From sequence record NC_054911.1: DNA of 64,000 nt; one strand, written 5' to 3'. Source of the DNA: Escherichia phage ECO4. Positions 39,726-50,356 of this stretch are shown here, piece by piece. The notes beneath the pieces were generated by a model. It was not told where the DNA came from. It saw only the letters and a list, made by a program, of their open reading frames with translations, and made no database searches. Numbering within the stretch: the stretch's first letter is position 1; each line of letters starts with the position of its first letter. The position numbers and the translations under genes are program-made.

Positions 39726-40685
39726 TCACTTCCACTGCATTTCACATGCTAACTGAATGAAAAGATAAGCTAAATGCAATTCAGTATTAGCTGCAATACC
39801 ATGATACTGATTATTTTCACCAACAATTTCATACATACGAATAATACTTTGCGGAGTTACGCGTGTATAGATTTCTTCGGCAAGTTTACCTACGAACCAC
39901 GAATAATCAGCTGCATATTTTGGTGCTAAAGCTCTGAGCTGTTTAACATCTTTATTTTTGAGAGACTCAAGAACATCATCAATAGCACCACGATCGTTAG
40001 TAACCAGTGATAAAATACCAGCATCCAAAACACCTTTAGATGAATAACTATCGAGCTCGCCAATAGTTTTACGAAAATCAGGAAAATTCTTTTTAACCAA
40101 AGCTGCTACAACTTTCATATCAGCTATAGCAATTCCTTCATGCTTGCAGATTTCAGTCAATCGACGAATCATCTGCTTCATCATTTCAATTTTATCTTCA
40201 TCGGTCGGTTGACCGAATGTAATAACTCGGCAGCGTGACTGAAGTGGTTTAATAATACCATCAATATTGTTAGCAGTAATAATAATACTACAGTTTGAAC
40301 TATAAGCTTCCATAAAGGAACGAAGATGTCGCTGAGACTCTGCTAACCCTGAGCGGTCAAATTCATCAATAACGATTACTTTTTGACGACCATCAAATGA
40401 AGCGGCGCTGGCAAAATTAGTCAAAGGACCGCGAACGAAATCAATTTTACAATCTGATCCATTCACAAACATCATATCAGCATTTACATCATGACACAAT
40501 GCTTTTGCTACAGTTGTTTTACCTGTTCCTGGAGAAGGAGAATGAAGAATAATATGTGGAATCTTACCTTTACTTGTAATAGATTTAAAGGTTTCTTTAT
40601 CAAAGGCGGGAAGAATACATTCATCGATAGTAGATGGACGATATTTCTGTTCAAGAATGTGTTCTTTTTCATTTACGGTAATCAT
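39726..40685 (-). CDS. 44: Clamp loader large subunit gp44 (AAA+)
   Basis: 319 aa from ATG 40685, SD GAGGAAATT, Walker A GTGKTT. Confidence 0.9.
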   Translation of the reverse strand: MITVNEKEHILEQKYRPSTIDECILPAFDKETFKSITSKGKIPHIILHSPSPGTGKTTVAKALCHDVNADMMFVNGSDCKIDFVRGPLTNFASAASFDGRQKVIVIDEFDRSGLAESQRHLRSFMEAYSSNCSIIITANNIDGIIKPLQSRCRVITFGQPTDEDKIEMMKQMIRRLTEICKHEGIAIADMKVVAALVKKNFPDFRKTIGELDSYSSKGVLDAGILSLVTNDRGAIDDVLESLKNKDVKQLRALAPKYAADYSWFVGKLAEEIYTRVTPQSIIRMYEIVGENNQYHGIAANTELHLAYLFIQLACEMQWK

Positions 40686-40721
40686 AATTTCCTCATTCAA
40701 GTTTTAGTGTAAATTATAAAG

Positions 40722-40735
40722 GGCCGAAGCCCTCT
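40722..40735 (-). terminator. Hairpin AGGGCCGAAGCCCT between genes 45 and 44
   Basis: Exact GGGCCGAAGCCC core. Confidence 0.45.
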
Positions 40736-40736
40736 A

Positions 40737-41423
40737 TTAAAAATCGTGGGTAGAATCAGCTTCAAGAGCTACTACATAATTCGCGTGTTCACCTTCAAAT
40801 TTAGCAGCACCTTGTTTACCTTTTGCCCAGAGCAGAAGTTTATAATTTCCTGGTTGCATTTTCATATTTGCCATATTGATAATAAAATTAAATGTATTTT
40901 CACCATCATAATCACCAAGAGTCAAAGAATATTTAACACGGGTCAGAGCAGAATCTTCTACTTTATTAAAACCGTTAATTACGATTTTACCTTCTTTTAC
41001 CGTGATAGCAATTGTATCAATTTGCAGACCACGAGATACACGCAACAGTTGTTGAAGGTCTTCAGCTTTAATTTCAGTAACAACAGATGCTACCGGGAAT
41101 GGAATTGGTTTATTAGGAGCAACTACTGTACTCGGATCGGCTGCTGGCCAAAAAATTGTTGAACGAGCATCAGCAATTTTAATATTACCATCTTCTGACT
41201 GGGAAATTTCTGCATCATCATTAACTAGAGACAGAATACCGAGAAAACCGTTCAAATCGTAAATTGCTACATCAAAATCAATAACGTCAGAAATATTCGC
41301 TTCTGCATAAGTTGTACCATTAACCGCACGAGTCATAATAAATTGACCGGATTTAAGCATAATACCAGAGTTAATAGTAGCGAAATTTTTCAGCAGAGCA
41401 GTAGTATCTTTAGACAGTTTCAT
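40737..41423 (-). CDS. 45: Sliding clamp gp45
   Basis: 228 aa, matches T4 gp45. Confidence 0.95.
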   Translation of the reverse strand: MKLSKDTTALLKNFATINSGIMLKSGQFIMTRAVNGTTYAEANISDVIDFDVAIYDLNGFLGILSLVNDDAEISQSEDGNIKIADARSTIFWPAADPSTVVAPNKPIPFPVASVVTEIKAEDLQQLLRVSRGLQIDTIAITVKEGKIVINGFNKVEDSALTRVKYSLTLGDYDGENTFNFIINMANMKMQPGNYKLLLWAKGKQGAAKFEGEHANYVVALEADSTHDF

Positions 41424-41454
41424 GTAATTTCCTTCAATTCAAATGAGATTTAAT

Positions 41455-41478
41455 TTTATAACTAATTTAATAAAGCAA
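41455..41478 (-). promoter_or_regulatory. MotA-dependent middle promoter for gene 45 (MotA box TTGCTTTA, then TATAAA)
   Basis: Minus strand AATTGCTTTATTAAATTAGTTATAAAATT. Confidence 0.55.
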
Positions 41479-41868
41479 TTAACGATTAAAATCAGCCGCA
41501 ATTGTTTCCGCAACAATTTGTGCAGCAACAATTAGACGTTCATCTGCATTACCACAATAATCGTCTTCAAGGCGTTCACCACATGAAGTCATAATAAATT
41601 TAGCACCGGCGTTTAGGGATTCTGCAGTATGTTTGCGCATTAGTTCAATCCATTTATCACTCACTTCGCGATCGATGGCTTCATAATACGCATGGCGAGC
41701 AGGTGCAGATTTAATTTTGCTCTGAATAACTTCCATTGCGTTATCAGAAAGAGACAAAACCCATGCTCGACGAATTTTATTTTGGTTTTGTGGATTTGAT
41801 TCAGAACGCACGTGTTTTGGCTGAATATCTTTTACATCAACAGTATAATTCACAGTAATTTTAGTCAT
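41479..41868 (-). CDS. rpbA: RNA polymerase binding protein RpbA
   Basis: 129 aa, position upstream of 45. Confidence 0.8.
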   Translation of the reverse strand: MTKITVNYTVDVKDIQPKHVRSESNPQNQNKIRRAWVLSLSDNAMEVIQSKIKSAPARHAYYEAIDREVSDKWIELMRKHTAESLNAGAKFIMTSCGERLEDDYCGNADERLIVAAQIVAETIAADFNR

Positions 41869-41877
41869 AATACACCT

Positions 41878-42066
41878 TTAGTCATAATAATCAGTAACAG
41901 TCCAAGCTTCATTTCTATTGGACATTATTTTTGTATATTCTGCTTTAAATGCATTCCTAAGCATAGATTCAGTAACTATATGCTCTTCATTAGAAAAATT
42001 ATTTCTCAGAATATATCGTTTTATTTCAGGAAAAGTTAATAAATGCTGTCCAGTTGAATATTCCAT
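41878..42066 (-). CDS. Hypothetical protein (62 aa)
   Basis: ORF between 46 and rpbA. Confidence 0.5.
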   Translation of the reverse strand: MEYSTGQHLLTFPEIKRYILRNNFSNEEHIVTESMLRNAFKAEYTKIMSNRNEAWTVTDYYD

Positions 42067-42121
42067 GTTTTTCCTCCATAGAGATTATACTCTAATAAAT
42101 TAAAGCATAATCTCTTATAAA

Positions 42122-43804
42122 TTAAACCATTACAGTAAATCGACCAACTTTCTTCATTTGAAGATGCTGACCATATTCTTGCGGGTCATGGTCTTTATGC
42201 GAAATTATAAAAACATTAGTGTTTTTCATTGAATTTATAATATTAGCTACACCTTTAATACCTTCGGCATCAAATGACCCATCAAACACTTCATCAAGAA
42301 TTAATGTATTAATACTAACACCAGATACGATAGAAGCAATATCACGCCAAGTAAATAAAAGAGCAATATCAATTCGTGCCTTTTCACCTTCACTAAATGA
42401 AGCATAACTAAAATCTTCACGACCACGGGATTTAATTGTCTCATTAAATTCTTCATCTAATGTAAACACATAATCCGCTTCCATTATTTTAAGATAATGG
42501 TTAATCTGCTTATTAAATAATGGAATGTACTTTTTAATAATAGCACCTTTAATACCAGAATCTTTGAGCATATCAGTCAAAATTCCTCGGTGGTATTTTT
42601 CCATTACTAAATTAGTTTTTGTCTTAACAATTTTATCAAGTTCTTCTTGAAGCAATGCTATTTCATCAGCATGGTCAATAAACTCGGATGATGCTTTTTC
42701 TATAGCTGCTTTAACTTTTTTAGCTTTATCTACTGTCGTGATTAGAGATTGCTTTTTATTGCGAATATCATTTGCCAACGACTGCTGGGTTTTAATATTA
42801 TCTCGGTATTCATCAACAAGAACTTTTAAATTATCACGGTGCGTTGAAAGCTGTTCAAACGAATGCGTACATTCAGAAACTTTATCTTTAATTTTAGAAA
42901 CAACTTTATCACCGGAACTTAATTGTGACAAACAGGTTGGACATAATCCACCTTCGTGATACATATTAATGACTTTATTATACGAGTCAATTTTTGATTT
43001 AATTAAAAATGCTTCTTGACCGATTTTATTAAATGCATCAGTCGGGTCTTCATCCAAAACAATATTAACTAATCTTTCATTAGCTTCTTCTATTTCCGAT
43101 TTTAACGTTCTAGCTTCTTTTGCCAAATCATCATACATATTTTGCAGACGAGTAAGGTTGTCACCCGTTAATTTTTTCTGGCGTTCAACGTTATCATTAT
43201 ATATTTTAATTTGTTGGATAATACTATCTTTTTTAACATCAAGCACTTGGTTTTGTGAATTTAATTCACGTATTAGTGCTTTATTAAGCTTATCCATTTC
43301 AGCTAATGTTCCTACCTCAAGCAGGTCTTCCACAAGCTTTCTTCGCGCAGGGGTCGACAAACCCATGAAAGGGGTATACCCTGCTGTACCAAGGACAACA
43401 ATCTGCTTGAAACTGGCATATGACATTCCGATAAGCTGTTCAAATTCTGCTTGGAAATCTTTACTGCTGGCAGATTCATTAAGACGTGTACCGTTAACGG
43501 TGATTTCGAAAACGTTTGGTTTTTGTCCTCTTTTGATATAGTACTTTTTCTCATCATATTCCATCCACAGTTCAACTAAAAGTTCTTTCTTATTTGTGCT
43601 GTTTATTAATTGACCTTTCTTTACATCACGGAATGGCTTGCCAAAAAGCCCAAATGTGATGGCTTCTAACATAGTAGACTTACCACCGCCATTTCGGCCA
43701 GTAATAAGAGTTTTTTGAACCTTATCTAATTGAATGTCAATAGGATTTCCACCTACTGACATTATATTTTGATACCTAACTCGGTTTAGTTTAAAATTCT
43801 TCAC
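42122..43804 (-). CDS. 46: Recombination endonuclease subunit gp46 (Rad50/SbcC-like)
   Basis: 560 aa, Walker A GRNGGGKST, coiled coil, CPTC zinc hook. Confidence 0.95.
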   Translation of the reverse strand: MKNFKLNRVRYQNIMSVGGNPIDIQLDKVQKTLITGRNGGGKSTMLEAITFGLFGKPFRDVKKGQLINSTNKKELLVELWMEYDEKKYYIKRGQKPNVFEITVNGTRLNESASSKDFQAEFEQLIGMSYASFKQIVVLGTAGYTPFMGLSTPARRKLVEDLLEVGTLAEMDKLNKALIRELNSQNQVLDVKKDSIIQQIKIYNDNVERQKKLTGDNLTRLQNMYDDLAKEARTLKSEIEEANERLVNIVLDEDPTDAFNKIGQEAFLIKSKIDSYNKVINMYHEGGLCPTCLSQLSSGDKVVSKIKDKVSECTHSFEQLSTHRDNLKVLVDEYRDNIKTQQSLANDIRNKKQSLITTVDKAKKVKAAIEKASSEFIDHADEIALLQEELDKIVKTKTNLVMEKYHRGILTDMLKDSGIKGAIIKKYIPLFNKQINHYLKIMEADYVFTLDEEFNETIKSRGREDFSYASFSEGEKARIDIALLFTWRDIASIVSGVSINTLILDEVFDGSFDAEGIKGVANIINSMKNTNVFIISHKDHDPQEYGQHLQMKKVGRFTVMV

Positions 43805-44064
43805 AAAAGATTCCTTTTAATGTATCTTTTAGACCATTCTATCATATCATCATAATCTAAAAAGTATTCATCAAATTCAGCCATGCAAACAACGCCTTGT
43901 GCTGTTTTTGATGTAATATAAATTATTCCAACATATCTAGAATCTTCTTCGGTATAATCAATGTTTGCTATGAATTCATCATTAATGTCAAATGTCGAAA
44001 ACTTCACAGTATGCATCCTTAATACAAGATACGGCCATATCTCGCAATGATTTAGGTGTGTCAT
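43801..44064 (-). CDS. Hypothetical protein (87 aa)
   Basis: ORF between 47 and 46. Confidence 0.55.
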   Translation of the reverse strand: MTHLNHCEIWPYLVLRMHTVKFSTFDINDEFIANIDYTEEDSRYVGIIYITSKTAQGVVCMAEFDEYFLDYDDMIEWSKRYIKRNLL

Positions 44065-44251
44065 TATCTAAAATGTTGAAGTTAAAAGATACAGCCCAGT
44101 CAGTGCAGACCGTGACCTTTTTAATACAATTATCTTCAACCTCTAGCGGTTCAAACCAATATTCAATAATTTCTTTATGCCCAATATCATCTTTTACTTC
44201 GCATTCAAAATGCTGACTCATCATAACATTTTTAAATTCATCAAAAGTCAT
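43988..44251 (-). CDS. Hypothetical protein (87 aa)
   Basis: ORF; overlaps neighbour by 77 nt in another frame. Confidence 0.55.
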   Translation of the reverse strand: MTFDEFKNVMMSQHFECEVKDDIGHKEIIEYWFEPLEVEDNCIKKVTVCTDWAVSFNFNILDNDTPKSLRDMAVSCIKDAYCEVFDI

Positions 44252-45267
44252 TGTGTTGCCTCTACATATAACTGATTTGCATATTGAATAAGTGCTTCAC
44301 GGTCAGAATCAGTGATGTCTGGAATTGCATTAATGTATTCTTCCATCAACGTCTGAAGAGATTGAACTTCAACTTCTTCACTGTCATCTGACTCGACAGA
44401 GTTATCAATCTTTGACACAACTCGTAATGAATGCACAACTTTTTCTAGTTCAGATTCGAACTTCGTTAGATTTTTGTCTACTTCAGTTACTATAACACGT
44501 ACTGATAGATTTGTAAAATCTTTATAGTCAATTTTTCCTTTAAATGGATAATGAATTCTACGATGCCAGGTAGTGTTGTTTGGAATAAATTCCATTCGTT
44601 CTGTTTCTGTATCAAACATCCAGAACCCACGAGGGTCATTCTCGTCACCTGCAGTTAGTGTCCATGGTGTCCCAATATATCTGACGTTAGCAGCCTCAGA
44701 GATAGTATGGAAGTGACCAGACCACACCTCTTTATAAGTCTTAAGGAAATCAGGTTCAAGACCGTGAGATTTCATTCCTTTATAAAAATAAAATCCATTC
44801 AGTTCCCAGTGACCAACACAAAAAGAAGCAGATGAAGTTTTGATGTGCTCAAGAATTTCACCAGTATTTTCTTCGCACATCCAAGGAATTAAATCAATCA
44901 AACATCCGTCAAAATCTACTGTAGTAGGCTTATCATATACTTTAACATTAGGATATTTAGCCAAAAGCTCAGTAGAGGCATTTGGATGCATTACATTTTT
45001 GTAGTGGAGATCGTGATTTCCTACAATAGTATGTAATGTGATTCCAGCGTCATCAAGCATTTGAACTATTTCACGGGCAAACTCCATAGTTTTATGTGTG
45101 ATTGCTTTTCGCACATCAAAAATATCACCATATTGAATCCATACAGTAATTCCATTTTTCTTAGAATATTCTATCGCTTGCTTAATTCCATCAATTTGAA
45201 TACCGCGAATCCACTCATCATCAGCTTTAACGCCTAAATGCCAATCACCCAAGTTTAGTATTTTCAT
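44248..45267 (-). CDS. 47: Recombination endonuclease subunit gp47 (Mre11/SbcD-like)
   Basis: 339 aa, metallophosphatase motifs (GDWH, GNHD). Confidence 0.95.
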   Translation of the reverse strand: MKILNLGDWHLGVKADDEWIRGIQIDGIKQAIEYSKKNGITVWIQYGDIFDVRKAITHKTMEFAREIVQMLDDAGITLHTIVGNHDLHYKNVMHPNASTELLAKYPNVKVYDKPTTVDFDGCLIDLIPWMCEENTGEILEHIKTSSASFCVGHWELNGFYFYKGMKSHGLEPDFLKTYKEVWSGHFHTISEAANVRYIGTPWTLTAGDENDPRGFWMFDTETERMEFIPNNTTWHRRIHYPFKGKIDYKDFTNLSVRVIVTEVDKNLTKFESELEKVVHSLRVVSKIDNSVESDDSEEVEVQSLQTLMEEYINAIPDITDSDREALIQYANQLYVEATQ

Positions 45268-45868
45268 GGTGTCTTTTCCATCCTAATTTAGCTGCTTTTG
45301 AAACCAGTTCTTTAATTTTTCCTTTTGTCCATTCAGGACCAGGAGGTTCATGACATAACATTTGCTTAACTCCGTTATTATACCATTTTTTACCTTTATT
45401 ATGTGATGAAGCTTTAAATTTATTTGACCTTCCTTTTACATAACCTTCTGGAATATAAGGCAAAAAGGCAGATTTTCCTGTTAATGGATCATGTGAATGT
45501 ATATTTCCTTTACAATTATGAGAACCATATAATGGATGATTTTGTCCTTTATTATCTCTTCCAAATGAACCTTTTGGAGCAGCATATGACATATTAAAGA
45601 ATAATGGATTTTTAACTGCATCATGCAATCGTTGATAATATAACTCGCATTTAATAGCTTCTTCACGCGTATCAAATTCAGCTAAAATGCATGAATCAAA
45701 TAAGTGAGGATTATCTGAAAGCTCTTTATTATAAATTTTCTTATACTTTTTAGATAAAACTGAACCATGATATCCAGCTAAATGCCTATCTAAAGACGTA
45801 GATCCAATATAAAAAGGAGGAAGTTTATCTCCACTATATATTGTTAAATAAGTTATATATTTTTTCAT
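45245..45868 (-). CDS. GIY-YIG-like (Seg-type) homing endonuclease candidate, 207 aa
   Basis: N-terminal YITYLTIYSG...PFYIGST resembles GIY-YIG; basic NUMOD-like repeats (NPLYGSHN, GKKWYNNG); overlaps gene 47 start by 23 nt. Confidence 0.5.
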   Translation of the reverse strand: MKKYITYLTIYSGDKLPPFYIGSTSLDRHLAGYHGSVLSKKYKKIYNKELSDNPHLFDSCILAEFDTREEAIKCELYYQRLHDAVKNPLFFNMSYAAPKGSFGRDNKGQNHPLYGSHNCKGNIHSHDPLTGKSAFLPYIPEGYVKGRSNKFKASSHNKGKKWYNNGVKQMLCHEPPGPEWTKGKIKELVSKAAKLGWKRHHENTKLG

Positions 45869-46030
45869 ATATCAAGAACCGTCATTGAAATGCAAAATAA
45901 AATTATTGAAATAAACCCATCTGGTGTGCTAAAGAAACCAATCCAGCATGCTCTAGTGAATAGATAAAATGCAAGAAAAAGTATCACATATCCAAGAAAT
46001 ATCATTATATCAAACTCCGTATAAAGCTAA

Positions 46031-46050
46031 AGGGCCGAAGCCCTTTATTT
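46031..46050 (-). other. Hairpin AAAGGGCCGAAGCCCTTT overlapping the alpha-gt stop codon
   Basis: Exact GGGCCGAAGCCC core. Confidence 0.4.
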
Positions 46051-47247
46051 TGTAATAATGTCAAACTGTTCTTTAAAGCAGAAGCTTGAATCTTGATGCT
46101 GATACAAAAATTCATATGCTTTTTCTCGCTCACGGTCATAAAGAGCTCGGTCAGATGACAGTTCTTTAATACGTTCAAACGTTGATTCCATATCATTTTC
46201 ATCAAACCAAATGATACCGCTATCATGCGAGGTCAAAGGAGTATTATCAACACGGAATTTTAAATTTTCGCCAGTAGATTTCCAAAATACCGGAATTGTT
46301 CCACATGCACCAAGCTCGAGATGAGTATATTCTAAAGAACGTTGTAGATATTTTTTATCCAACTTACTCAGCTGATAACCAAATCCGGATTTACTCATGC
46401 GTTCAAGCATTTCGCTATTTACATAACGGTCAAGAATTTGCGTTGGCAAATTAGGAGCAATTTTAATTTGGTCTACTTGATGAAGACGATAATACTCGTA
46501 TGGAATTCCTTTTTCTTTAATAGGAATGAACGCTGGAGAACGTTCCAGACCTTCCATAATAGTACTTAGTCCTGCAGGTTTAAGATGTTTTTCATGAAAA
46601 TCAAACATCTGATAAAAACCTTTCCATGTAGTCGTACGACCAATCCAACGGTTGATATTCATGTTAATTTCAGAAACATCTTTCCAGTAGGTTGATCTAA
46701 CCTTCGCAATATCCATAGGAGGCTGAAAGTTATATACTGTCGGTGCTTCTTCAATATCATCAAACAGAGAAACTGTTTCAGGATACCATTCTTTCATCAG
46801 AACTTTATTAAAATCACCATTATCAGAATGGCTAAAAATAACATCAGCTCGACGAACAGTTTCTTCTAATCCCAAATTTCGACGCAAAGAAAGAGAAGAA
46901 TGGTCATGTTGATAAACTACAACACGAACAGAAGGTTTAATGTTATCAATAATTTTTTTATAGTTATTAATAGTGTCTTCTTCAACCGAAGTAGCAGGAA
47001 CTGAATTAATAATTAGAATATCACAATCATTTACCAGCTTAAGTGTTTTATCATATTCTTTTGCCAATAAAACCGGAATTGAAAATGATTTATAATCATG
47101 CGCGCAATTACGAGTAAATGATTTATCTTTAGCATAAACCAAAGTTACTTCATGACCATTTTTAATAAACCAATCACGCTGCTCAAGAGAAAATTTAGTT
47201 ACACCGCAACCTTCAAGACCCCGAGCCAGAAAAATGCATACTTTCAT
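46045..47247 (-). CDS. a-gt: Alpha-glucosyltransferase
   Basis: 400 aa, matches T4 alpha-gt. Confidence 0.9.
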   Translation of the reverse strand: MKVCIFLARGLEGCGVTKFSLEQRDWFIKNGHEVTLVYAKDKSFTRNCAHDYKSFSIPVLLAKEYDKTLKLVNDCDILIINSVPATSVEEDTINNYKKIIDNIKPSVRVVVYQHDHSSLSLRRNLGLEETVRRADVIFSHSDNGDFNKVLMKEWYPETVSLFDDIEEAPTVYNFQPPMDIAKVRSTYWKDVSEINMNINRWIGRTTTWKGFYQMFDFHEKHLKPAGLSTIMEGLERSPAFIPIKEKGIPYEYYRLHQVDQIKIAPNLPTQILDRYVNSEMLERMSKSGFGYQLSKLDKKYLQRSLEYTHLELGACGTIPVFWKSTGENLKFRVDNTPLTSHDSGIIWFDENDMESTFERIKELSSDRALYDREREKAYEFLYQHQDSSFCFKEQFDIITK

Positions 47248-47490
47248 TTAATATCCTCATTGTTTTGGTTTATTTTACCAAAAATTTATAAAGCAATATA
47301 GGAGCCGAAGCTCCTATCCACATAATACGCCATACAAAGGCTCATTAGAGCTTCTAAATTTTCTGCGCCTATATGTTATAGTTCCTTCTGCTTTAGCTTT
47401 ATCGTAAGACTCTTTAAAGCGTCTCATCATTTCTACTTTAGAGGAACGAATTTTATTATAATCTATTTCAGAAGTCTGGGTGTTCATCTT

Positions 47491-47697
47491 TCATAACTGC
47501 CACCATTTTTTGACTTGATAAGAATCAACCCACACTTTCATATTAGGGTCTGCTCTTACAATAGGAGGATTAACTTCTTTAATTGAACTATCATGGTATT
47601 CTTTTTCAGAAATTTTCACACAAAGATGACCATTCAAAGATTCAGTAAATCCTGCATTAATTTTAAGACGCTTGAATTTTACGTGTGTAAGCATCAA
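47491..47697 (-). CDS. Hypothetical protein (68 aa)
   Basis: ORF. Confidence 0.45.
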   Translation of the reverse strand: MMLTHVKFKRLKINAGFTESLNGHLCVKISEKEYHDSSIKEVNPPIVRADPNMKVWVDSYQVKKWWQL

Positions 47698-47980
47698 TCA
47701 TATCCTCAATCTGCGATCTAGTAGTCTTCCAAAGAATACTGATGAGTTCATCGTTATATGGCTGTTTCAGAATATCCCGACTTTTCTTGATAGCATATTC
47801 GTATTGAGCAAAATTATTGTTTTCAGCTGCGATCTGAGCGTGCTTATAAAGACGATTCAGTTCGCGTTTGTTTTTAGACAATAACTTATTTGCTTTTCTT
47901 TCTGCTTCAAGACGGTTCTTTTCTTCAATAGAAGAAATAAGCTTTTCCACTTCATCATTAATTTCGGGTTTATCAGTCAT
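47663..47980 (-). CDS. Hypothetical protein (105 aa)
   Basis: ORF, coiled-coil-like. Confidence 0.55.
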   Translation of the reverse strand: MTDKPEINDEVEKLISSIEEKNRLEAERKANKLLSKNKRELNRLYKHAQIAAENNNFAQYEYAIKKSRDILKQPYNDELISILWKTTRSQIEDMIDAYTRKIQAS

Positions 47981-47981
47981 A

Positions 47982-48200
47982 TTATTTCTCTAATATAAAA
48001 TAAAAATCATCATCTGTTAAATGATACCTGTAATTTAATTCTACACCATTAGATTTAAAAGCGGTATCATACGGATTTTCTGGATCAATATCAATGTCAA
48101 GAGCTAAAACTTCCCTGAGATACATTTTAAGTAAATAGGGAATAGCTTCAACTTCAGGTATTTCTTCCAAGAATCCGGAGAGGTTAATCGTTAGCCTCAT
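47982..48200 (-). CDS. Hypothetical protein (72 aa)
   Basis: ORF. Confidence 0.5.
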
Positions 48201-48741
48201 ATAAAAAATCCAAACTAGGAGAATCGTCTACAACACTTTTCTTTTCAGCCCCCGGTGTTCTATAGGTTGATTCTTCGTAATGCGTCATTTTATCGTAGAT
48301 GTCTTGAATAAAAGTTTCATCTACTAACGCAACCATATCGTCGTCACGACTGTCATAGACATTGTGAACGAAGTAACTGTATTTCTTTGCAACTTCCTTA
48401 CGTTCTTTTTTAATACGTTGGACGAATGCATTAAAACAAGCTTGAGTTATATATGCATGTGGGTTTTTATATTTCGTTTCATCAAAATTATGAAGCCCCT
48501 TAATAGAAGCTTCTATACCATCTGCAATCATTTCTTGTTTCCAGGACTGGGTGTATCCTGAAAAGTTGAAACGCTTAGATAAGCCTTCTGCAATAAGCAT
48601 AATGGCTAATCCGATAGTATCATTCTGACGAACTACTTTATTTGGGTCTTTATTATTTGCTAATTCTGTTTTCCAATCAATAATAGCTTGTAAAAGCTCT
48701 TTATTGTTTACGTAATTATATTTAGGCTTAGTTTCTGACAT
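48184..48741 (-). CDS. 55: Late sigma factor gp55
   Basis: 185 aa from ATG 48741 ([24 protein letters not shown]...), SD AAGAGG. Confidence 0.9.
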
Positions 48742-48819
48742 TTTCACCTCTTAGCTCAATTCATAGATCTATTATATCATAATATTTGAAGATCTATCTT
48801 AAAGCATAGAGGATATCAG

Positions 48820-49089
48820 TTATCTAAGTAAGCAGTATGCTTGGAATACTTTCTCCATCATCTTTTTAAATTCATGAATATCTATATAATGACTAGTTAG
48901 ATCAGCATGATATAAAAAGTCTAAAAACTTTTCATGTGTGCTAACATATTCGCTTTCATTTAATTCAGAAACATGGCTTTCCCAATATCCAACACCAGTC
49001 TTATTTGGGAAAAATGAAATTTTCATGTATTGGTCAACATAGAAAATGCCATAATTTTCAATAGTAATAGAAATATTAATAAATTTCAT
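48820..49089 (-). CDS. Hypothetical protein (89 aa)
   Basis: ORF in the 55-nrdH cluster. Confidence 0.5.
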   Translation of the reverse strand: MKFINISITIENYGIFYVDQYMKISFFPNKTGVGYWESHVSELNESEYVSTHEKFLDFLYHADLTSHYIDIHEFKKMMEKVFQAYCLLR

Positions 49090-49301
49090 ACATTCATCAA
49101 CTTAGCCGCTTCAAGAGCTGCATCTAGTGAATCAAATTGGTCAACATATTCAATCAATTCGCCGTAATTGGCATATAACCACCATTGGCTAAATTCATAC
49201 TCAAGGATGAATCCGTTTCCTTCAATTTGAGTTAAACCAATGCCATTTATATTTACTTCATATCCAGCAAGACGCAAATCGTTAATAAGAGCTTCGTTCA
49301 T
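49086..49301 (-). CDS. Hypothetical protein (71 aa)
   Basis: ORF, ATGA coupling. Confidence 0.5.
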   Translation of the reverse strand: MNEALINDLRLAGYEVNINGIGLTQIEGNGFILEYEFSQWWLYANYGELIEYVDQFDSLDAALEAAKLMNV

Positions 49302-49303
49302 AA

Positions 49304-49630
49304 TTATACCTTAGTAATTTTCAGGTCTGCAAATTTTTTCTTGCGTTGATTTTTCATACGACGAATAGTTTTATCGGAAATTTCATGCTTTTGATAAGCT
49401 TTAGATTCTACACCAAAAGCTTTAACATCAAATTCTGACAAGATATATTGAACCAGCAATTCACGGACAGTATTGCGTCCAATCTTCTGATCATTCTGTT
49501 TCATCATCTGATGAAGCTCTTTTTCCCATTTATCCAAAATTTGAGGAGTTACAATATCGCCTTTTTCTAGCAAAGAAACTACTTTATCATATGCGTAAGA
49601 ATTAATGACGTTTTTAATTTGAATAGTCAT
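49304..49630 (-). CDS. Hypothetical protein (108 aa)
   Basis: ORF. Confidence 0.55.
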   Translation of the reverse strand: MTIQIKNVINSYAYDKVVSLLEKGDIVTPQILDKWEKELHQMMKQNDQKIGRNTVRELLVQYILSEFDVKAFGVESKAYQKHEISDKTIRRMKNQRKKKFADLKITKV

Positions 49631-49660
49631 ACATTATCCTCAATTACGTTAAAATTTTAT

Positions 49661-49682
49661 TATCCAAAAAGGGCCGAAGCCC
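49661..49682 (-). terminator. Rho-independent terminator (AAGGGCCGAAGCCCTT with A/T run)
   Basis: Hairpin followed by U-run on minus strand. Confidence 0.55.
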
Positions 49683-49883
49683 TTAGCTAAACTTTTTGGC
49701 ACCCTTCCAGCCTTCGTACATCATTGCGACTGACAATGACAAAGCTCCTTCACATGCTGCATACTTATTATTCCAGAACCAATTTAGAAAAACTTCATCC
49801 TCAATACCATTGTGTTTCATGTTCTGGAAAAAATTGGCGCGTTCTTCACGAAGCTTTTGCGATAATTTAGATTCAGGATTCAT
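49683..49883 (-). CDS. Hypothetical protein (66 aa)
   Basis: ORF. Confidence 0.5.
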   Translation of the reverse strand: MNPESKLSQKLREERANFFQNMKHNGIEDEVFLNWFWNNKYAACEGALSLSVAMMYEGWKGAKKFS

Positions 49884-50099
49884 TTAAATTTCCCAATTAC
49901 CATTTTCATCAATAAATTTAATCCAGTCATTTACTGACCACTTGGTCGTATCGCCTTTTGGAGCAACATTTAAAGTGTATAATCCTTGTTTAAAAAGCAT
50001 TCGTTTGATATTCATATTTTCCTCAGCTGTAACGATAGCACTCGTTTGATTTGCGCTTAGCAACTCGTTGAGAAGTATTGTAATCAAAATCATCGTCAA
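49884..50099 (-). CDS. Hypothetical protein (71 aa)
   Basis: ORF. Confidence 0.5.
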   Translation of the reverse strand: MTMILITILLNELLSANQTSAIVTAEENMNIKRMLFKQGLYTLNVAPKGDTTKWSVNDWIKFIDENGNWEI

Positions 50100-50128
50100 T
50101 GTAAACTGATTTTTTCAACTTTCTTACT

Positions 50129-50356
50129 TCACCACGTAATTGGCGGATTTAGCTCATCTTTAACTTCTGAATCAATACCTTTCATTCTACGCCATTTATC
50201 AGAGCGAAAAATGTTTTCAACCATATCTTTATGACTTACACCATCAGGAGCTTTACGCTTTCCGAAATAGTCATAATCACGCACTTTTAAGTCTTTACGA
50301 CGATACGTTTTACCCATGGAGTTTAATTTCCTTAGCAACTGAACTAAATACAGCAC
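50129..50356 (-). CDS. Hypothetical basic protein (75 aa)
   Basis: ORF. Confidence 0.5.
   Translation of the reverse strand: MLYLVQLLRKLNSMGKTYRRKDLKVRDYDYFGKRKAPDGVSHKDMVENIFRSDKWRRMKGIDSEVKDELNPPITW

Noticed and set aside
47300-47487. 59-aa ORF upstream of alpha-gt and the GGAGCCGAAGCTCC hairpin as a terminator
   Set aside because: The ORF is just under the cutoff with a weak SD, and the hairpin lacks a flanking U-run; left unannotated
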